64,000 nt of DNA from Daphnia carinata. Taxonomy: Eukaryota. Shown piece after piece: positions 27,301 to 40,599 of this stretch (positions within the stretch are counted from its first letter, which is position 1; each line of letters starts with the position of its first letter). Below the pieces are notes generated by a model. The model was not told the DNA's origin and did no database searches. It worked only from the letters and a program-made list of their open reading frames with translations. A program made the position numbers and the translations under genes. Location: NCBI RefSeq assembly GCF_022539665.2, contig NC_081333.1:62001-126000 (forward strand), given 5' to 3'.

Positions 27301-30300
27301 AATTGGTGGCCGTGTTCAACATGTTCTCCAATAAAGTCAAGTCTTCAATCTCTTCGATGACACGGCCGTCGCCGCCGCTGCTGGGCAAAGCGTCGTCATT
27401 GACAACCGGTCCATCCTGCGGCGTCGGTGACATCTGGCGGACAGCTGGCGCCGCGACATCCTTGGTCGGCGATGGCGAACGAGATTTAGTGAACAAGCCG
27501 GCCGTTGAATTGCGGCTGGGCGCAGGCGATTTGGACGCATCGGGTGCGTCGCCTTTGCCGACGGACGGACGCGGTTCCAGTTTGTTGACGCGGTTGGCGG
27601 CCGGTTCCCACAGTTTCGTGTTTTCACGCTTGATAGTCGACGTCGCTGTCGTCGTCGTCGTCGTCGTCGCGTTTTCAAACGACGAACGGATTTTGGAAAT
27701 GTTGGCCGTGCCGCCAGTTGGCACCACTGGCGGCGGAGGGGCTGCTGCTGGCGCTGCTGGTGCTTCGACAGACGGACCTTCCATCGAATCGGAACGGAAA
27801 AGAGAACGGGCTTTTTTAACGACCGACGGACTGCCCAGCACTGGACTGGCAATCGACAATCGACTTCCGCTCTTGTTCAAAGGCGACGTGGCCAATTCGC
27901 CAGCGCCATCCACCGGCGCCATCAACGTCGTCGTGACTGACAATTTCTTGGGACGTTCCATGTTCTCTTCACGACGAGGACTTTCAGTCACAACTGGTTC
28001 TGAGCACGGCTCCTCCACACCTGCCGGCCCATCTTCTTGTTCGGCCACACCGTTCGTCTGCGGCGCCACCGGTTCATTTTCAGTTATTTCTTCTTCTTCT
28101 TCTTCTTCTTCTTCGTCATCACTGGCCGCCTGCTGCTGGACCGGTTTCTCAACCACTGGCGCAGCAACGGCAGGAGGAGGGGATGGTGAATGACCGTGAC
28201 CAGCGTCTTCTTCGTCGTCATGGATGTGCGGATGCGAGCCGTGCAATGCGCAACCTTCCGTATCGACATACTTCTCCACGACGCTCATGACGTTGTTGTG
28301 CAAATCCTTGCGGGCCGGACGGCCGATGCCCGAAATGCCCTTCGATCTGTTGCTGGACGTGTTGCTGCTGCTGGTCGAATTCATGCGCCACGGCTTGTCC
28401 TCGTCGCGATCGCGCACCGTGATCGTCCTCGTCGTCTCAATCGTGCGGATCATGGCCGGACGGCCGAGGATCGACGCGGCTTTACTCGACGAAGGACTGG
28501 CCAATTCTTTCCTCGATGATGCGGTGGTGGACGAGGATGATCGGCTGACGCTCGTCGTTTCCGCCTTTTTCGTTACTCCTCTCTTGTCCGCCGATGAAAA
28601 CGAAGACGATTGCTGGACGCGAGTGCTCGACGTCGTCGTTGATCTCATTGGCTCGGCTTTGCGGCTCGTCACTGGAGTCGTCGGTCTAGCGGACATGGTA
28701 TGGCCTGTCCGTTTCGCTCCAGTCGTTTTCACATCTTCGCTGACCACCACCCCTTGGATTTCCTTCTCCAATTGGAGGAATTCCGTCACGGAATCGTCTT
28801 GGCCCGTCGATTCCGTTGGAGTGACGGCCGCCTTTTTGCCCTTCTGGGCCGAGATGGGCGTGCTGGTCAGACGCGGGATGCTGCTGCTCCCCTTCATGCT
28901 GGCCGAAGCAGTTGAAGCCGTTGTTTTGCTGCTCGATTTCGTAGCGGTGGCGCTAGTTGACGAGCCGCTGCGATTAATTCCGCCCAATCCCGTCCGGCTG
29001 GTCGAACTGCTGGACGACGTCAACGTATTTTTACGCAGTTCGGCCGAATCGGCCCGTTTCTTGTTGACCGGTGAGGTGGCGCCACGCGAGGGAGATTCAG
29101 AAGGCGTCCGCTTCGATCTCGTGGCGCTAGTGCTGCTCGCACGAACTGGTTTCGATTCGGTGGGGGTGACGATGACTTGCTCCACTTGCTCCTCGATGTT
29201 CGTTCCAGCAGCCGAATGATTCGAGACGTCCGAATCCATGCGGATGAGGCTGTTTGACTGATGTTGCTGCGTCGTCATTGACGTGAACGACGTTTGCGTC
29301 ATCTCCAAACTATCCGCTTGGCTGTGATTGTCGACGCTGTCCGGCTCTGGAAGATTGTTATCCAAATTATCCAGCGAATCCGGCTCGGAAATGGCGTCGT
29401 CGATGGTGACTTCGCCCGTTTCAAACTTCTTTTTCGATACGGACATGTTTTCCTCAACGCCATCTGTTGTCGCAATGATGGACGATCTCCTTAGCGCAGC
29501 GTCAACGGCCGTGATTCCGCCCGATCCGCTTCCTTCATTTTCATCGTCAATGTCGTCGATGACTTCGTCTTCGTTCTCCTCTAAAACAGCGCCGTCAGAC
29601 ACCCTCTGGCGGATGGTTTTCGTCAACGTGACGCGTTGAGTGACGGGCGCCGATTGGCCGGTTTCGCGGATGCGCCTCCACGTCTCCGTCACTTCTTGAA
29701 TGGTCAGAATGTCGCCCTCCTGGAACTCGCGACGACGCGACGACGACTTCAATTCCTGGTAAGAAGAATCCGACACGACGGAAACATTTAATTCTTCCGG
29801 CCGGATGGTGAGGCTCTTCTGGCTCGGTCCGTCCGCTATAACGAGTTGACTGCCCGACAGCGAGTCGGGTGACATGGCCCGTTCGCTCGTTTCCATTCGA
29901 CTGCTGGTCGTCGACGTCTGGCTGGACTCTTGCGTCCCACCGGATGCGGCCAAAATCATTTGATAGCGTTTGGTGCGGACGCTGCTCTTGCGGCGAATCT
30001 TTTCACTGACCGCGTCCTCTTCCTGATTGGCGTCGTTGCGTCGCTTTTGATCCACTTGGCGTCCGTTGACGCCGTCCGCTTCGTCCGTCTCCATAGCGGA
30101 CGATGTGGTGATGGTTTCAGTAGTGGTGGCGCTAGTGGTCGAGTAATTGTAGGTGGCCGATTGGGACGGAAGCGAAGCGGCCGAGGGGCTTCTGGCCGTC
30201 ATGACGTCGTCGCTGGTGTAGAAATCCTTGAGTCTCTTTTCCCTCAGTTTGTACATCCGAGCGCGGATGCGCCTCTTTTCCGCGAAATCCTCCGTCACTT

Positions 30301-30416
30301 GCCACTAATATTTGTACATTTTTAATTTGAATTTTATTAAATTTGAAATAATTAAAACGAACCATTTGTTTGAGGACATCCTCATCGTCGATCGTGTCGA
30401 TATCGACAGCATCCAT
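9713..30416 (-). CDS. Smoothelin-like actin-associated protein with C-terminal calponin-homology domain (Drosophila CG34417-like). Exons: 30416-30363, 30304-26500, 26415-26320, 26263-24595, 24523-24210, 24020-23839, 22505-22323, 20563-20423, 19815-19737, [cassette 19169-13439], 12683-12612, 12467-12365, [alt 11678-11486 or ~10430-10292], 10086-9935, 9833-9713
   Basis: Exon phases chain correctly with GT-AG sites. Three smoothelin-type helical repeats (IDDEDVLKQMWQVTEDFAEKRRIRARM; IEDLTLLENMLNTATNYDDRSRIRAHIR; CTDDFKLNEMLDNCNDYETRRQIRARIK), the motif ITSSYGTGPMDENGRPLFGLGALRRR, and a type-2 CH domain ([26 protein letters not shown]...LLDVDDMVAMARPDWKCVFTYVQSFY). Confidence 0.85.
10292..10430 (-). 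CDS. Smoothelin-like alternative exon A (first CH-domain helix, ASGIKDFLLQWCQSRTRGYK)
   Basis: Phase-2 acceptor, with several in-frame AGs giving starts at 10445, 10430, 10427 or 10397. Phase-0 GT donor at 10291 joins to NVQVDNF. Confidence 0.8.
11486..11678 (-). CDS. Smoothelin-like alternative exon B (first CH-domain helix, NTAEIKERILNFCKRATADYQ)
   Basis: The acceptor TAATAG|C ATG is phase 2 and the donor CAG|GTCAG is phase 0, the same phases as exon A. The encoded peptide aligns with the CH helix of exon A. Confidence 0.75.
13439..19169 (-). CDS. Giant (5731 nt) low-complexity cassette exon of the smoothelin-like gene, frame broken by 1 nt near 15431
   Basis: Acceptor TATTCAG| at 19170 and donor |GTGAGT at 13438, both phase 1. 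Covers ORFs 15232-19191 and 13080-15353, which meet inside a CAA/CAG tract. Confidence 0.65.
14472..14522. repeat. (GTTGCC)n hexamer repeat encoding an (NG)n tract on the minus strand
   Basis: About 8 tandem copies visible; translated as NGNGNGNG in ORF 13080-15353. Confidence 0.9.
15357..15441. repeat. (TTG/CTG)n microsatellite, CAA/CAG polyQ on the minus strand
   Basis: Directly visible, interrupted by one extra G at 15431-15432. Confidence 0.95.
20024..20088. repeat. (CCTGTTTG)n octamer tandem repeat, intronic
   Basis: About 8 perfect copies visible. Confidence 0.95.
20718..20764. repeat. (GAAT)n tetranucleotide microsatellite, intronic
   Basis: About 11-12 copies visible. Confidence 0.95.
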
Positions 30417-32309
30417 TTTGATTGGTTGATAAAACAATTTGATCTGTTCCAAACGAAATGAGAGTTTTAAAGAAAAAAGAAAACTATGAATAAAGGTCAT
30501 AACATACAGGTAAAACCCAAAGGCAAGAGCCTTTCACTTTTGTTTTTTTTTTGAACAAATTCTGTTTTTGGGTTGTCTGGAACGTGTGACAGGTTGATGA
30601 AGTTTATAGTTCAACCGCCCACTCACGCAGACAACGAGTCTGCGACCCAGTTGGGAAACGAGCCAAACCAACGAGAACATTCAACACGTCATCAAATGTT
30701 TTCGGCTTCAATAGCCAAAAGGCAATCACAAAAAAACAAAACAAGAGAAAAACAGTTGAATGTCGTTTTTTTTTTTTTTATAGGTAAAGTAGTGGCCGTC
30801 AATCCTGGCAAAAATCAACACAATTTCCTAATAATAGAGTCGGCGTTTTAAAAATGGGAATCGATTATGCGCCTTTTAAATCTGCATTGAAGGCCAATGT
30901 TTAAAAAAAGGGAAAATGTGGGTTAGATAAAACGGCAAAGTGCACGCCCGGTGAATCGACACAAACTTGCGATTGTTCGTTAACATTGAAAGTGTTGCTC
31001 TTCATCATCATCACGGGCTTCTGCGGTAATAATAAGAGTTTGACCCCGATTTCTCGCTACCTCTCTCTTTTTTAAGCCAATCAGCACATGACTCGCTTTC
31101 GTGACTTTTCATTTCAGCCGCCATTGTTTGTTTCACCCCGCCAAAAAATGAGGACGAGTCGGTCCAGTTTCCCACGAGTTAAAAGACGCGTGCACGAAAC
31201 TTTAATCTTCACAATTTTCGATTCAATCAGAAATGCTTCGTCTCATTATTTTAGCTCATTAAACTACTTAATGTATGCCACCTATGTTTCCTACGAATAG
31301 CAGACGACGAAGAAAGCGAAAATGAAAGATGAACAAGAGGCTAATTAAATATTCATGGGGAATGTCTGCTGGTGACTAATCAAAAAAAAACAATCGACCA
31401 TTTTTCTTTTCTAATAATGACTCGATAAAACGAAAAAAAAATATGTTTTCTAAAAATTCAACACGCCATGGAGATCGAAATCAACGTTTGTTTATACAAT
31501 GCTGTGAGAAACCACCTCAAATCCCTACTCATTTTCACACACACACACAAGAAAAAGAACTAATTGGATAAAACAGACTAAAAGATGAAAAGAATTCCTT
31601 TCAAAAAGAATCTAGAGGATTATCAAAAGAGTGAAAGAACTGATGCCCGAATAAGGTTTTGTCCTCCCTTCTCCTTCCCAACTTCTTTGAGGGGGGTGCA
31701 TGCCCATACATGGAATCAAATGAATAAAAAGAAAAAAACTATAAACGAGAGAGAGAGATGCCCTTTTTCGTACACAACGAGAAAGAAAAGAGCTCTCTCT
31801 TGGACATATCCCCACGAAAAACTTTTCCTTTTTTTTTGTGTGTTTCTTTCTTTTTATCTTTGAGCTTTGAGATGGAGCGCATGAGAAAGATAAAAAGGAG
31901 GCGAATACCTGTGCAATAGCAAAAGAGAGAGAGAGAGAGGCTAGAACACACCTATGACTCAGAAGCAAGGCCAGGCAGGTAAAAGAAGAAGAAAGAAACA
32001 GGTCGTCGTTCGTCTCAGTCAGAGAGAACAAACCGAAACGAAGAGAAAATCTCTTGAAGCAAAAAACAGAATTTTTGCTGTCAAGGGCACACGCTAAACT
32101 GGAAGAGCAACTGAATCGAGAAATGATACGTTCAAAATCTAACGGGCTAGAATAACTTTGGGCTAAAGTCAACGGACTTAATATTATTTGCGGATAAAGA
32201 AATGAAGCAACATGTACCGTTTGCTTTGCAGCCAAGAAAAATGATGAGCCATTTTTCTTATCTCTCTGTCACTAGTAAGACAAGATAACAAACAAAACTT
32301 GTGACTCAC

Positions 32310-32719
32310 CTCGTGATTAAGAGTAAAACAATTCCTTTTTTTTTTTAATGTCGTTTCTTCAAGTGTTATTGTCGCCTGTGATGATCAGCTGGTGTCCAGA
32401 ACATGGCACCCCTTCTCCTCGTAATAGATTTTTTATTTTCTTTCACGGAAACACTGAAAAAGGTCGTGCCAGGTGGTTAGAATTTGATTGTGTCATTCAC
32501 ACAACATAAAACAAAAACAATAACAAAAAAAAAGACGAATTCCTTGTTCACCTTTTAATTTTAGTCGTTGCCGTTGATTCTGTGCCGTTCACCCCCTACC
32601 ACAAAACTCAGGTCGTAGGTTGTAAAGAGGGATCCACCAGTAAAATAGACGTGGAACAGCAAGTGGTTCTGTGCTGGGCAGAAAACGTGCGGTCGCGACG
32701 ATGGACGGCAGTCGACTGA
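32310..32719 (-). promoter_or_regulatory. Candidate transcription start and 5'UTR exon region of the smoothelin-like gene
   Basis: Initiator-like TCAGTC on the minus strand at 32719-32714 and a strong donor GAG|GTGAGT at 32309, about 1.9 kb upstream of the ATG. Motif evidence only. Confidence 0.35.
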
Positions 32720-35700
32720 GGCTCACTTCGTTTCTCTCCTTGGCTTCAATCCTCTTTTTCGTGTGGTCCGGGGGAGGGTGAAAGCCTGTGGTTACACTCT
32801 TTTTTTTCCTTCTTCTTCTGTTTCCATGTTTTGGTTTTCAAAAGCTACACAAGTGAAAGAAGGTTTACACACCAAGGTTTTCGCGTACCGTAATTTCGGT
32901 GGTTCCGTTCTGCACGTTTCTTCGACTTATTGGGAAATTTTCCACATACTGCTTCTTCTCTTCATTCCGTCTTCTTGCTGATGAGAGATAATTATTTTGC
33001 AGCAAATTGAAATCCCTTTCCAGTGTCTCGTTGCTTTCTCCCCATTTTCTCCTGGCTCCTTGGCTGCCACATGTTTGATGTTACACCTGCAAATCAAAAG
33101 ATAACAATCTATATTCGAGTAGGGTAGAATCACGATGACGACAATTTTTTTAAAGGTTATTGAACGTGAAATACCTTGCCACGTGCGAATCAACTTGTAC
33201 GTGGGCCAATTCTCTTGTACTACCAAAGCAAAAGCAACCAAATCATTTGGAGCTCATTTATATACCAACTTTTTGGTGAATTCATTGTACTGGAAAAAAG
33301 GGGTCAAAATCTGTCAATAAAATCTAAAATGTGAAATAAAATACGGACCGTAAAAGACGTGTGTGTCATTGTGGCGCCCAAATTGCAACTGTAGATTTGC
33401 TTTGCAACTAGCAGACGAATTTTGTTATTCTTGAAATGGCGGATTTCATAACACGCACTGGTCTGGAAAATTAATTCTTTTGATGTATTGGCTTTCTCAA
33501 AGAGCACGTGTTTGAATGTTTTTGTCCGATTTTGTTTCATGTTTGTTCGCTTTACGGTCCAAGAAATTCCTGAAGAGGACCATACATGGTGGTATGAATC
33601 TCATCATTTCTTATTTGATTTAGATAAAGTAGTCGTACAAGTGCTGATGTTGATGGAGTGAGATTGTCGGGAAGAACACTGAAAAAAAAAAGGAATTTTT
33701 TTTTATTATAAAAAGCACGATGGCAATCAGCAACAGCGGCGACTGTTTAGCAACGTGCCAATGATAGACGACGGGGCTAATGGACGTCGGCTAGATGATG
33801 GGTGCTCTTCAGTTGACGCCATTTTTTAAGATAAAAGTAATAGCAGGGAAAGCCAGAGTCACCTAAGAAACGACACGTCATTTTAAAAATCTCACGAAAT
33901 CGACGCTCTCTCGTACCCCAGAAAAGGTATAAAGATAGTCATCATTCTAAAATGTTGTTACATCCCTCGTCGCCATTGAGAGGCTTTTCCCTCCCCATTT
34001 AAGGACCTTTCGAATCGAGTGTCACACCACGTGCAATCAGCGGATTTCACTACCTCGCTACACAAAAACGTTTAACACCGAAATGCAAACGAGCATCAAA
34101 ACATCTTCTTTTCGTTTGACGTGTTAGTGATGGATTCTTTTTGCCCCCCTTGAGCTCAAGCTCATTCATTCATTCATCCATCATTTCCAAATAAAATGTA
34201 AAGAACGAAGAAAAAGTGTCTTGTGCTCGTTGTCCAATTGATGGCGCGCCCAAAAATTAAACATTTAAAAAATAATATTTTCCCCTAACCGCCTCCATGC
34301 CTTTTTGTAGGCGAAGACAAAACAAATTTGGTTGGTGTTTAAATAGACGAAGAGGTGGAGTGGATTCTACTGTAAATATGGACACGGAATAAACACGTAT
34401 ACATTCATACATTTCATGATGAGGTAAATTTAAATTTAAATAGAATTATTCACGGCCGATTAAATCTTTATTTTTATAGGGAATATGTAATCAGATAACG
34501 TGAAAACGTCGTCGGCCGAACGTTGTTCAACTTACATGGAAATGTCGGGCTTTTCTAGTTGGATGTGATCCCGAATAATGACGTCATCTGCAAAGCTTTA
34601 ATAGGAACTGGTCGACCCCGAGATTTTTGGCGAATCGAGGTATACAGGTAAATGTTCATTCATTTGAATCTCGACACGTAAAAAAGTGTGTAATTAGCGA
34701 CGTTTTTTCGTGGGGGTTGCGTTCACGGGTTGAGTCAGCAAAGGCCAAAAAGGTGGCTCACGCGGTTGCTGTCAGACGCGTGAATTGTTGCGGTTTTCTG
34801 TGCAGAAACGACGCAGTCAATGCGTGTCAAGGCCAACACGCACTGAAAATATCGAATATTTAATATTCTCAAGTCTTTAAATATATTTTTCTAGAATACG
34901 TTGGCCATTCATCACGCGGGAAAGCATAGGGGCAATGGTGACAAAATGGTTATAAATCTCTACCCGCCTTTCGTCAAAATCAAAAGATGAGTGGTCATTT
35001 GAGGATAAATCACACTGCACCTTGATGAATTTAGCTCCTTTTTTGGCCAGGTAAAATTACCCCACAATTATTGGTGGCGTGAATGAATGTGATCGTGCAC
35101 CTTATTTCTTTCTCTTATAGTCTTTTCACGTATCACTCGAGCCCTTCCTTTTTCGGGGAGGAATCTTTAGAAAAAAAAGGGGAGGATGAAATAATATTGT
35201 GATTAAAGATGGACGGGCAGCAGATACGGTAGCCAAGAAAAATGTATTTAAATTGATTTCCTTTGTGAATAGAAAACATCTGGGGGATATTGGGTGGAGT
35301 CAGACATCATTAGACTTTGGATTCCGAGTTACACAAAAGAAGGAGGAGGCTAATAAAAATAAGAGGCTTATTATTTTGACCAGTTTTCAAAAATCAATAA
35401 GATTTAATGGGATTAATCGTCATTTTTAAAAGAAAAGAAAAGGCTTTTCATATTTCTTTTTTGAAAAAGGCCAGCGGCATTGCGTAGCTAGACACGTTTC
35501 GAACTTTCGCTCTTATTTTTCCAAACATCTGTTATCTTTTGTTGTTTTTTGTGTACGTACGTCCGTGTGTCGTATACATTTATGCAGCAATTATGCAATA
35601 TCGAGCGGCACCGAGTTAACATATTCCGTCTCCTTGGCGCCTCACCAAATCAATTCCCAACCTCAATGATCATTTCCATCAATTACTCGACTCACCTTTG

Positions 35701-36051
35701 ACCTACGATCATCTAAACCACATCAAAAAATAGTTTATGAAACGAGCCACTCGATCCTGATTGTTCCGAATAGAATCCTCTGATTAAAACACGTTAAAAA
35801 GAGTAAAAAAGAATCAGATGTCGATCTCTCTGGCCAGTCGTCTACACACCTGCGTGATTTCTTCACGCACGATACAGGAACTCTCTCCTCCTCCCCCCAC
35901 CGACGGCAGAGAAAACGTTGGCCTTTGCCAATGATCTACTGTCCAGTACCTCAATGGAAACTGGAAGTGTATTGGAGAGCCCCAAACAGGATGACACACA
36001 TTTGCGCTGAAATGATTGATAATGGTATGAAATTACATTAAAGAAAATTGT

Positions 36052-39000
36052 TCATTTCTCATCGAGAATGCCCATATTTTGACCTAATTTTTGAAAATTG
36101 TAAACGACTTCCTCCTGGACGAGATTAAATGACATGGCGATCATGGCCAGGCCGACGACCAGGTAGACGATGCAGGCCACCAATTTCGTCTGCCCTTGTT
36201 CCAGGACTTTGGAGCCGGGCACCAGATCGCCGAATCCGATGGTCGACAAGGTGATGAAACTGAAATAGGCGCCGTCCAGGTAAGACCATTCTTCCCAGGC
36301 CGAAAAGACGGCGGCTCCGATGCAGATGTAACCCACCAGAAAGGCCAACACGACAGAGACGGGCACCCGTTGCTGGCCCCCTCCCGATTTATTAACGACT
36401 GTTGGATTCAATTTACTCGTTTCATCTGCTGGAACGTTGCCCAGCAGTTTGGTGTCACTGCAAACAGCAGGTGGTGGTGAATCACCCATCATTCGATCGA
36501 GATGGCCTTCGTCCGCCTGGCCACCACTTTGAGCATCGCTGGTTGGCCAGTCGCTAATATGGACAGGCGTGCCGGCAACGTTGTTGTTGTTGCTTGCCCG
36601 GCAATCGTAACGCGAACAATCGGCCAATAAGAAACGAGCCTTGTCGTTCAACTTGTCCGACGCGCTATAATTCAGCCCAGCAGACATTGTCCTAACTACT
36701 CCGTCAGCTGTTCGATCCTCTTCGATGACAATGTCGTAATCCCGTTCAGCCAATTCGGCTAAATCTTGGGCGGACAGACCATCATCCATTTTTCTTTCCT
36801 TCTTTTCGACTTGCGTGGCTGTTGTTGGGGGCACAGCTGTTGCTCTATAAACCGGCGTTAAAGTGGACAAGACGACACCTGGTTGCGTCAATGTTTTCAA
36901 TTGTTCTTGATGATGTTCTCGTCTTCGTTGTTGTCTCCTCTGGTTGCAGCAACAGTGTCGACTGGAACACCACAAACAGCAGTAAAGTTTGCCGAATGCA
37001 AATTGGAAGCTGCTGGCCATGAACGTGCCCAAATTAGAGAGGCACAACAGCATCAAGGGGATTCCTAATTTATCATTTAGAATTTCATTAATAAAATGAA
37101 TAACAAAAGGAAATGGATAGTTCTCTTGTTACTGTTCTCTGAAGAGAATAGTTACACAACACTGACGGCAGAAATGTGAGCCTCTCATGTTCCTGCACTT
37201 CGTGTGAATGTCAAAGATTGTTACCCTTTCGTTTTTGAATTTGGTAACAAGGTGCTGGTCATTTGAGCAGAGGAAACGAAATTTCCGGTTGAAATTAGAA
37301 ACCACCTTTTTGGTAAGGGCAGTGCGTCGTTTAAGAAACGTTGGGGAATGATTGATACATTAAGCACAGGACAAAATGTTTTTCTATACAACAAACACGT
37401 AAACAATGGTGGATTCGAGTGAAAGTCAAAATGGATTTAATGAGCGGAAATTGTATGCACTGACGTGGGCGTGACAAATGCAATCATTATGTGTTTAACG
37501 CACGTGTTACTGTATATTAGCCTAGATATTTAACAAGACATCTTTATTAACACTTGCTTATTATCTGTGACGTCACTTGCCCACTTGTTCTAACCTTGGC
37601 CTCGTTCAAACATGTGCGCACATGTTTTCAAACATTGATGCACCAATGATTTGTGTAAATATTTATGAAAATATCTTTTGACGCTAACACTATCGCAGTC
37701 AAAGTAGACCGAAAAAATGGCCATAAAAATGGCCATGCATTTATTCACCTTTATTGGCCATCCTTTTTTCCTTCAATTTTAACACCAAATTTTCTTGGCA
37801 TCGGTATGGACTATCGAACCAAAAATTTCGTTTCTACTGTCGGATTGCAACGACTGATTGGAGGGGTTGCTGCCAAATCCATGCATAATTAGAACGAAAA
37901 TTTCATCTACGAGTGATGACATTGAAACAAGAACGAAAAACTGGTTTGTTTCGTTTTGCTTTCAGACAAGTCTCTCTTTGAAACTGAACTAAGCCGGTAG
38001 CCCAAATACCGTCATCCACCGTTCACTTTTATGCTTATCTTTAAACAAATTATTTTTTTTTTAAATCAGATTTCCTGTCTCGTAAGATATCAATACCAGC
38101 CTACATATTTACCAAATTCATTCAGACTTTCTTGACCTATCCTGTGTGTGTATATCCACACAAACTGTGCAGCGGCACACATTTGGGAAGCAACTGCAGT
38201 TGTTTCAAAACATGATCACTTGAAGACAAAAGCTTTAGCTGTTCTGGTCCTTTGGAGCAATTTCTTCTAGCATAGTGGAAAAAGAAATCAGAATTGAAAC
38301 AGTTGCTTACCTATAAGGGCATAGATGATGGTAACCACTTTGCCAGGACCAGTCTTCGGAGCCAGATTGCCATAACCTGAGCAACAAACAGAAACATGAT
38401 AACAAAAAAGACATGGAACTGGTTTCACATTGAGGCAATACATTTATTATTGATTTCTAAACAGAGTTCATGATTCACTGCACTCTGTATTATATGATCA
38501 GCAACATAAATCATTTTATTGATGTCTAAAAGTTATTCTTTTTGAAATGTCAATGTTTGCCTGTACCATTTGGCTGTCGTAACTGTCTCTCGAACACGTA
38601 AGATAGCCATAACAATCAACATCCGGCTGTGTCAACCGACTGAAATTTCTGGAACTATTCGAGCATGGAACAGAACAAGAGACACGTTGACTTATTGTTG
38701 CACAAATGAGTGGCGCTTGTCCAAAAAGTTAACCGGTTATACTTATTTAAATATTTTTGTTTTTGCCAAAGACTTTCAATCGGCCTTTTATGTCCCAAGA
38801 GATATTGATGACGGGGGAAGGGAGAGATACTTGACAGCTTAAAAGATCAGAAGTGGTGCAAATTATTTAAATTTTTCATATTTTTGTACACCAAAACTCC
38901 AAGGCCATTTTCTTCCTTACCCATCCCCCCCAAATTTTTCTCCTCGTGGGAATAGAACGACGACAGTTAAAAATTATGCATTTTTTAATCTTGTTTTTTG

Positions 39001-40599
39001 TGTGCTCTGGTTCTCATTTCTCATGTTTATCTTTTGTTTACATCTAAGCATATTATAGGAGAATTCCAACAGAGAGCTCCTGCTGCTGTTATTGGGTTAA
39101 AAGTGCCAATAAACATCACGTCGGCAGCCAGCGAGAAAATATGTGAATAAATAAACACAACAATTAAAACTAGAACAGACTTTGACGCGTCGTCTGGTCC
39201 ATTATTCCTTTTTAAACGTTCAAAAAATCAGCTCTTTTTTCACGTTTTGTTTATGCAACTATTTCAACAGCTTATGGCAACATGGTCAATAATTTCACCA
39301 TAAATTGAAATGTTTTTTTTTTTTTCTTTTAAAATGTTATCGTGCACGTCAGTTATGGGATTTTCGTGATCGAATCTCGAACGAGCTGTTCGTCCAGCAC
39401 TGACCACGGGCAGTCGCTAAGAGATTCCCGTCAGTGAGATACGGGACACGTTGGCGACCAACACATTCACGAACGAGAAATAACAGCCCACCCAAAAATA
39501 ATTTCGTCTTTTCCTTCCTTTTTTTTTTTAAAGAAAGAAGAAAAATAAGAGAGGATTGACGTAATCAAAACAGAAGAAAATCCGAGGGCAACGTCTCGTT
39601 GGTCGCACAACTATTTAGTCCACACGACATCGCAAACTGCACGCACGCAGCGTCTCGGTCTGTATACATAATACATCAGCAAAAAAAAAATAAAAAGAAA
39701 AAAATATATATTTCTAAATATATTCAAAAATCTTTCCGTAGGCGTAGCGACCACCCGCCCCGTTTTTCGCTCTCTCCCGTTTTGCTCCACATTCACGCAC
39801 AAAATTTGAAATCTAAAAGGAGAGTTGATTTCTTTGTCTTATTTCCTTTTACTTAATCAATTCACTTTTCTTCTAGTACGACGATCAACTGTTGGCGATT
39901 CGAATTTTCTCTAAGCAAAACATCGTCAATGTTCGGATCACATGGGCCTATAAAGGCTGTCGACACTCGTGCCTCCATTTTTGGTAAAAAGAGTATGGAA
40001 TTGTGTTGACCGATGGTGGTGATGACGGTGATGGAGTAGAGGAGAGCGCCGCTGACGGACCACTGTCGCTCGGCGTCGTCGACTTCTTTGCCGTCGTAGC
40101 CTTCCAGTTTCGTCGCCTTGACCACCTCGGTTTCGAATGCTGCAAAGCAGTTTGACGAATGAAAATTGATTATGGTTGTAAAACGACATTTGTCATCAGC
40201 AAAAGTTGAATTGCAGCTAAAGATCATTTCTCGATATTTCGACGCACGAAATGCAGTAAAAAAACGAAACGTGGAATGGACCGTTTGTTAAATACCTTTG
40301 AGAAGGGCGCCGGCTTTGATGGCCCATAATTCCGTGCTGTTCGCAGTGGAAGTGCCGGTTGAATAATAATTGAGTTGGCTCAAGCGTTCGAGGCAATCAA
40401 GTCGAATTTGGAGGATTTTACGTCGAGGTTCGATTTCTTGATCGGCTTCGAGCCATTCAAAAAGAACGGCGCCGGCGGCGGAATAGGCCACGACCAACGC
40501 CATCAGACCCACCTGAGAGAAGAGGAACGTCAGCGAAATGCGCAAACATTTGCGGTAACGTTCTTCCAGTGAACTCTGACGCAAACGAGTCGATCCCAT
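36052..40599 (-). CDS. Two-pore-domain (K2P/TWIK family) potassium channel; exons 40599-40296, 40139-40011, 38376-38311, 37064-36052
   Basis: M1 (FLFSQVGLMALVVAYSAAGAVLFEWLE), P1 (WSVSGALLYSITVITTI|GYGNLAPKT, filter split by an intron), M2 (IIYALI|GIPLMLLCL), long loop, M3, P2 (WSYLDGAYFSFITLSTIGFGDLVPG) and M4. The start codon is uncertain. Confidence 0.92.

Noticed and set aside
24729..30325. Long plus-strand ORFs (237-331 aa) opposite the large smoothelin exons
   Set aside because: Expected from Ser/Thr/Ala codon bias on the coding strand; no independent gene signals.
31612..32235. 207-aa minus-strand ORF
   Set aside because: F/S/L-rich translation of pyrimidine-rich intronic sequence with a non-ATG start and no recognisable domain.
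32927..33241. 104-aa ORF with an acceptor-like site near 33088
   Set aside because: No recognisable protein and no matching donor or partner exon; at most a UTR exon.
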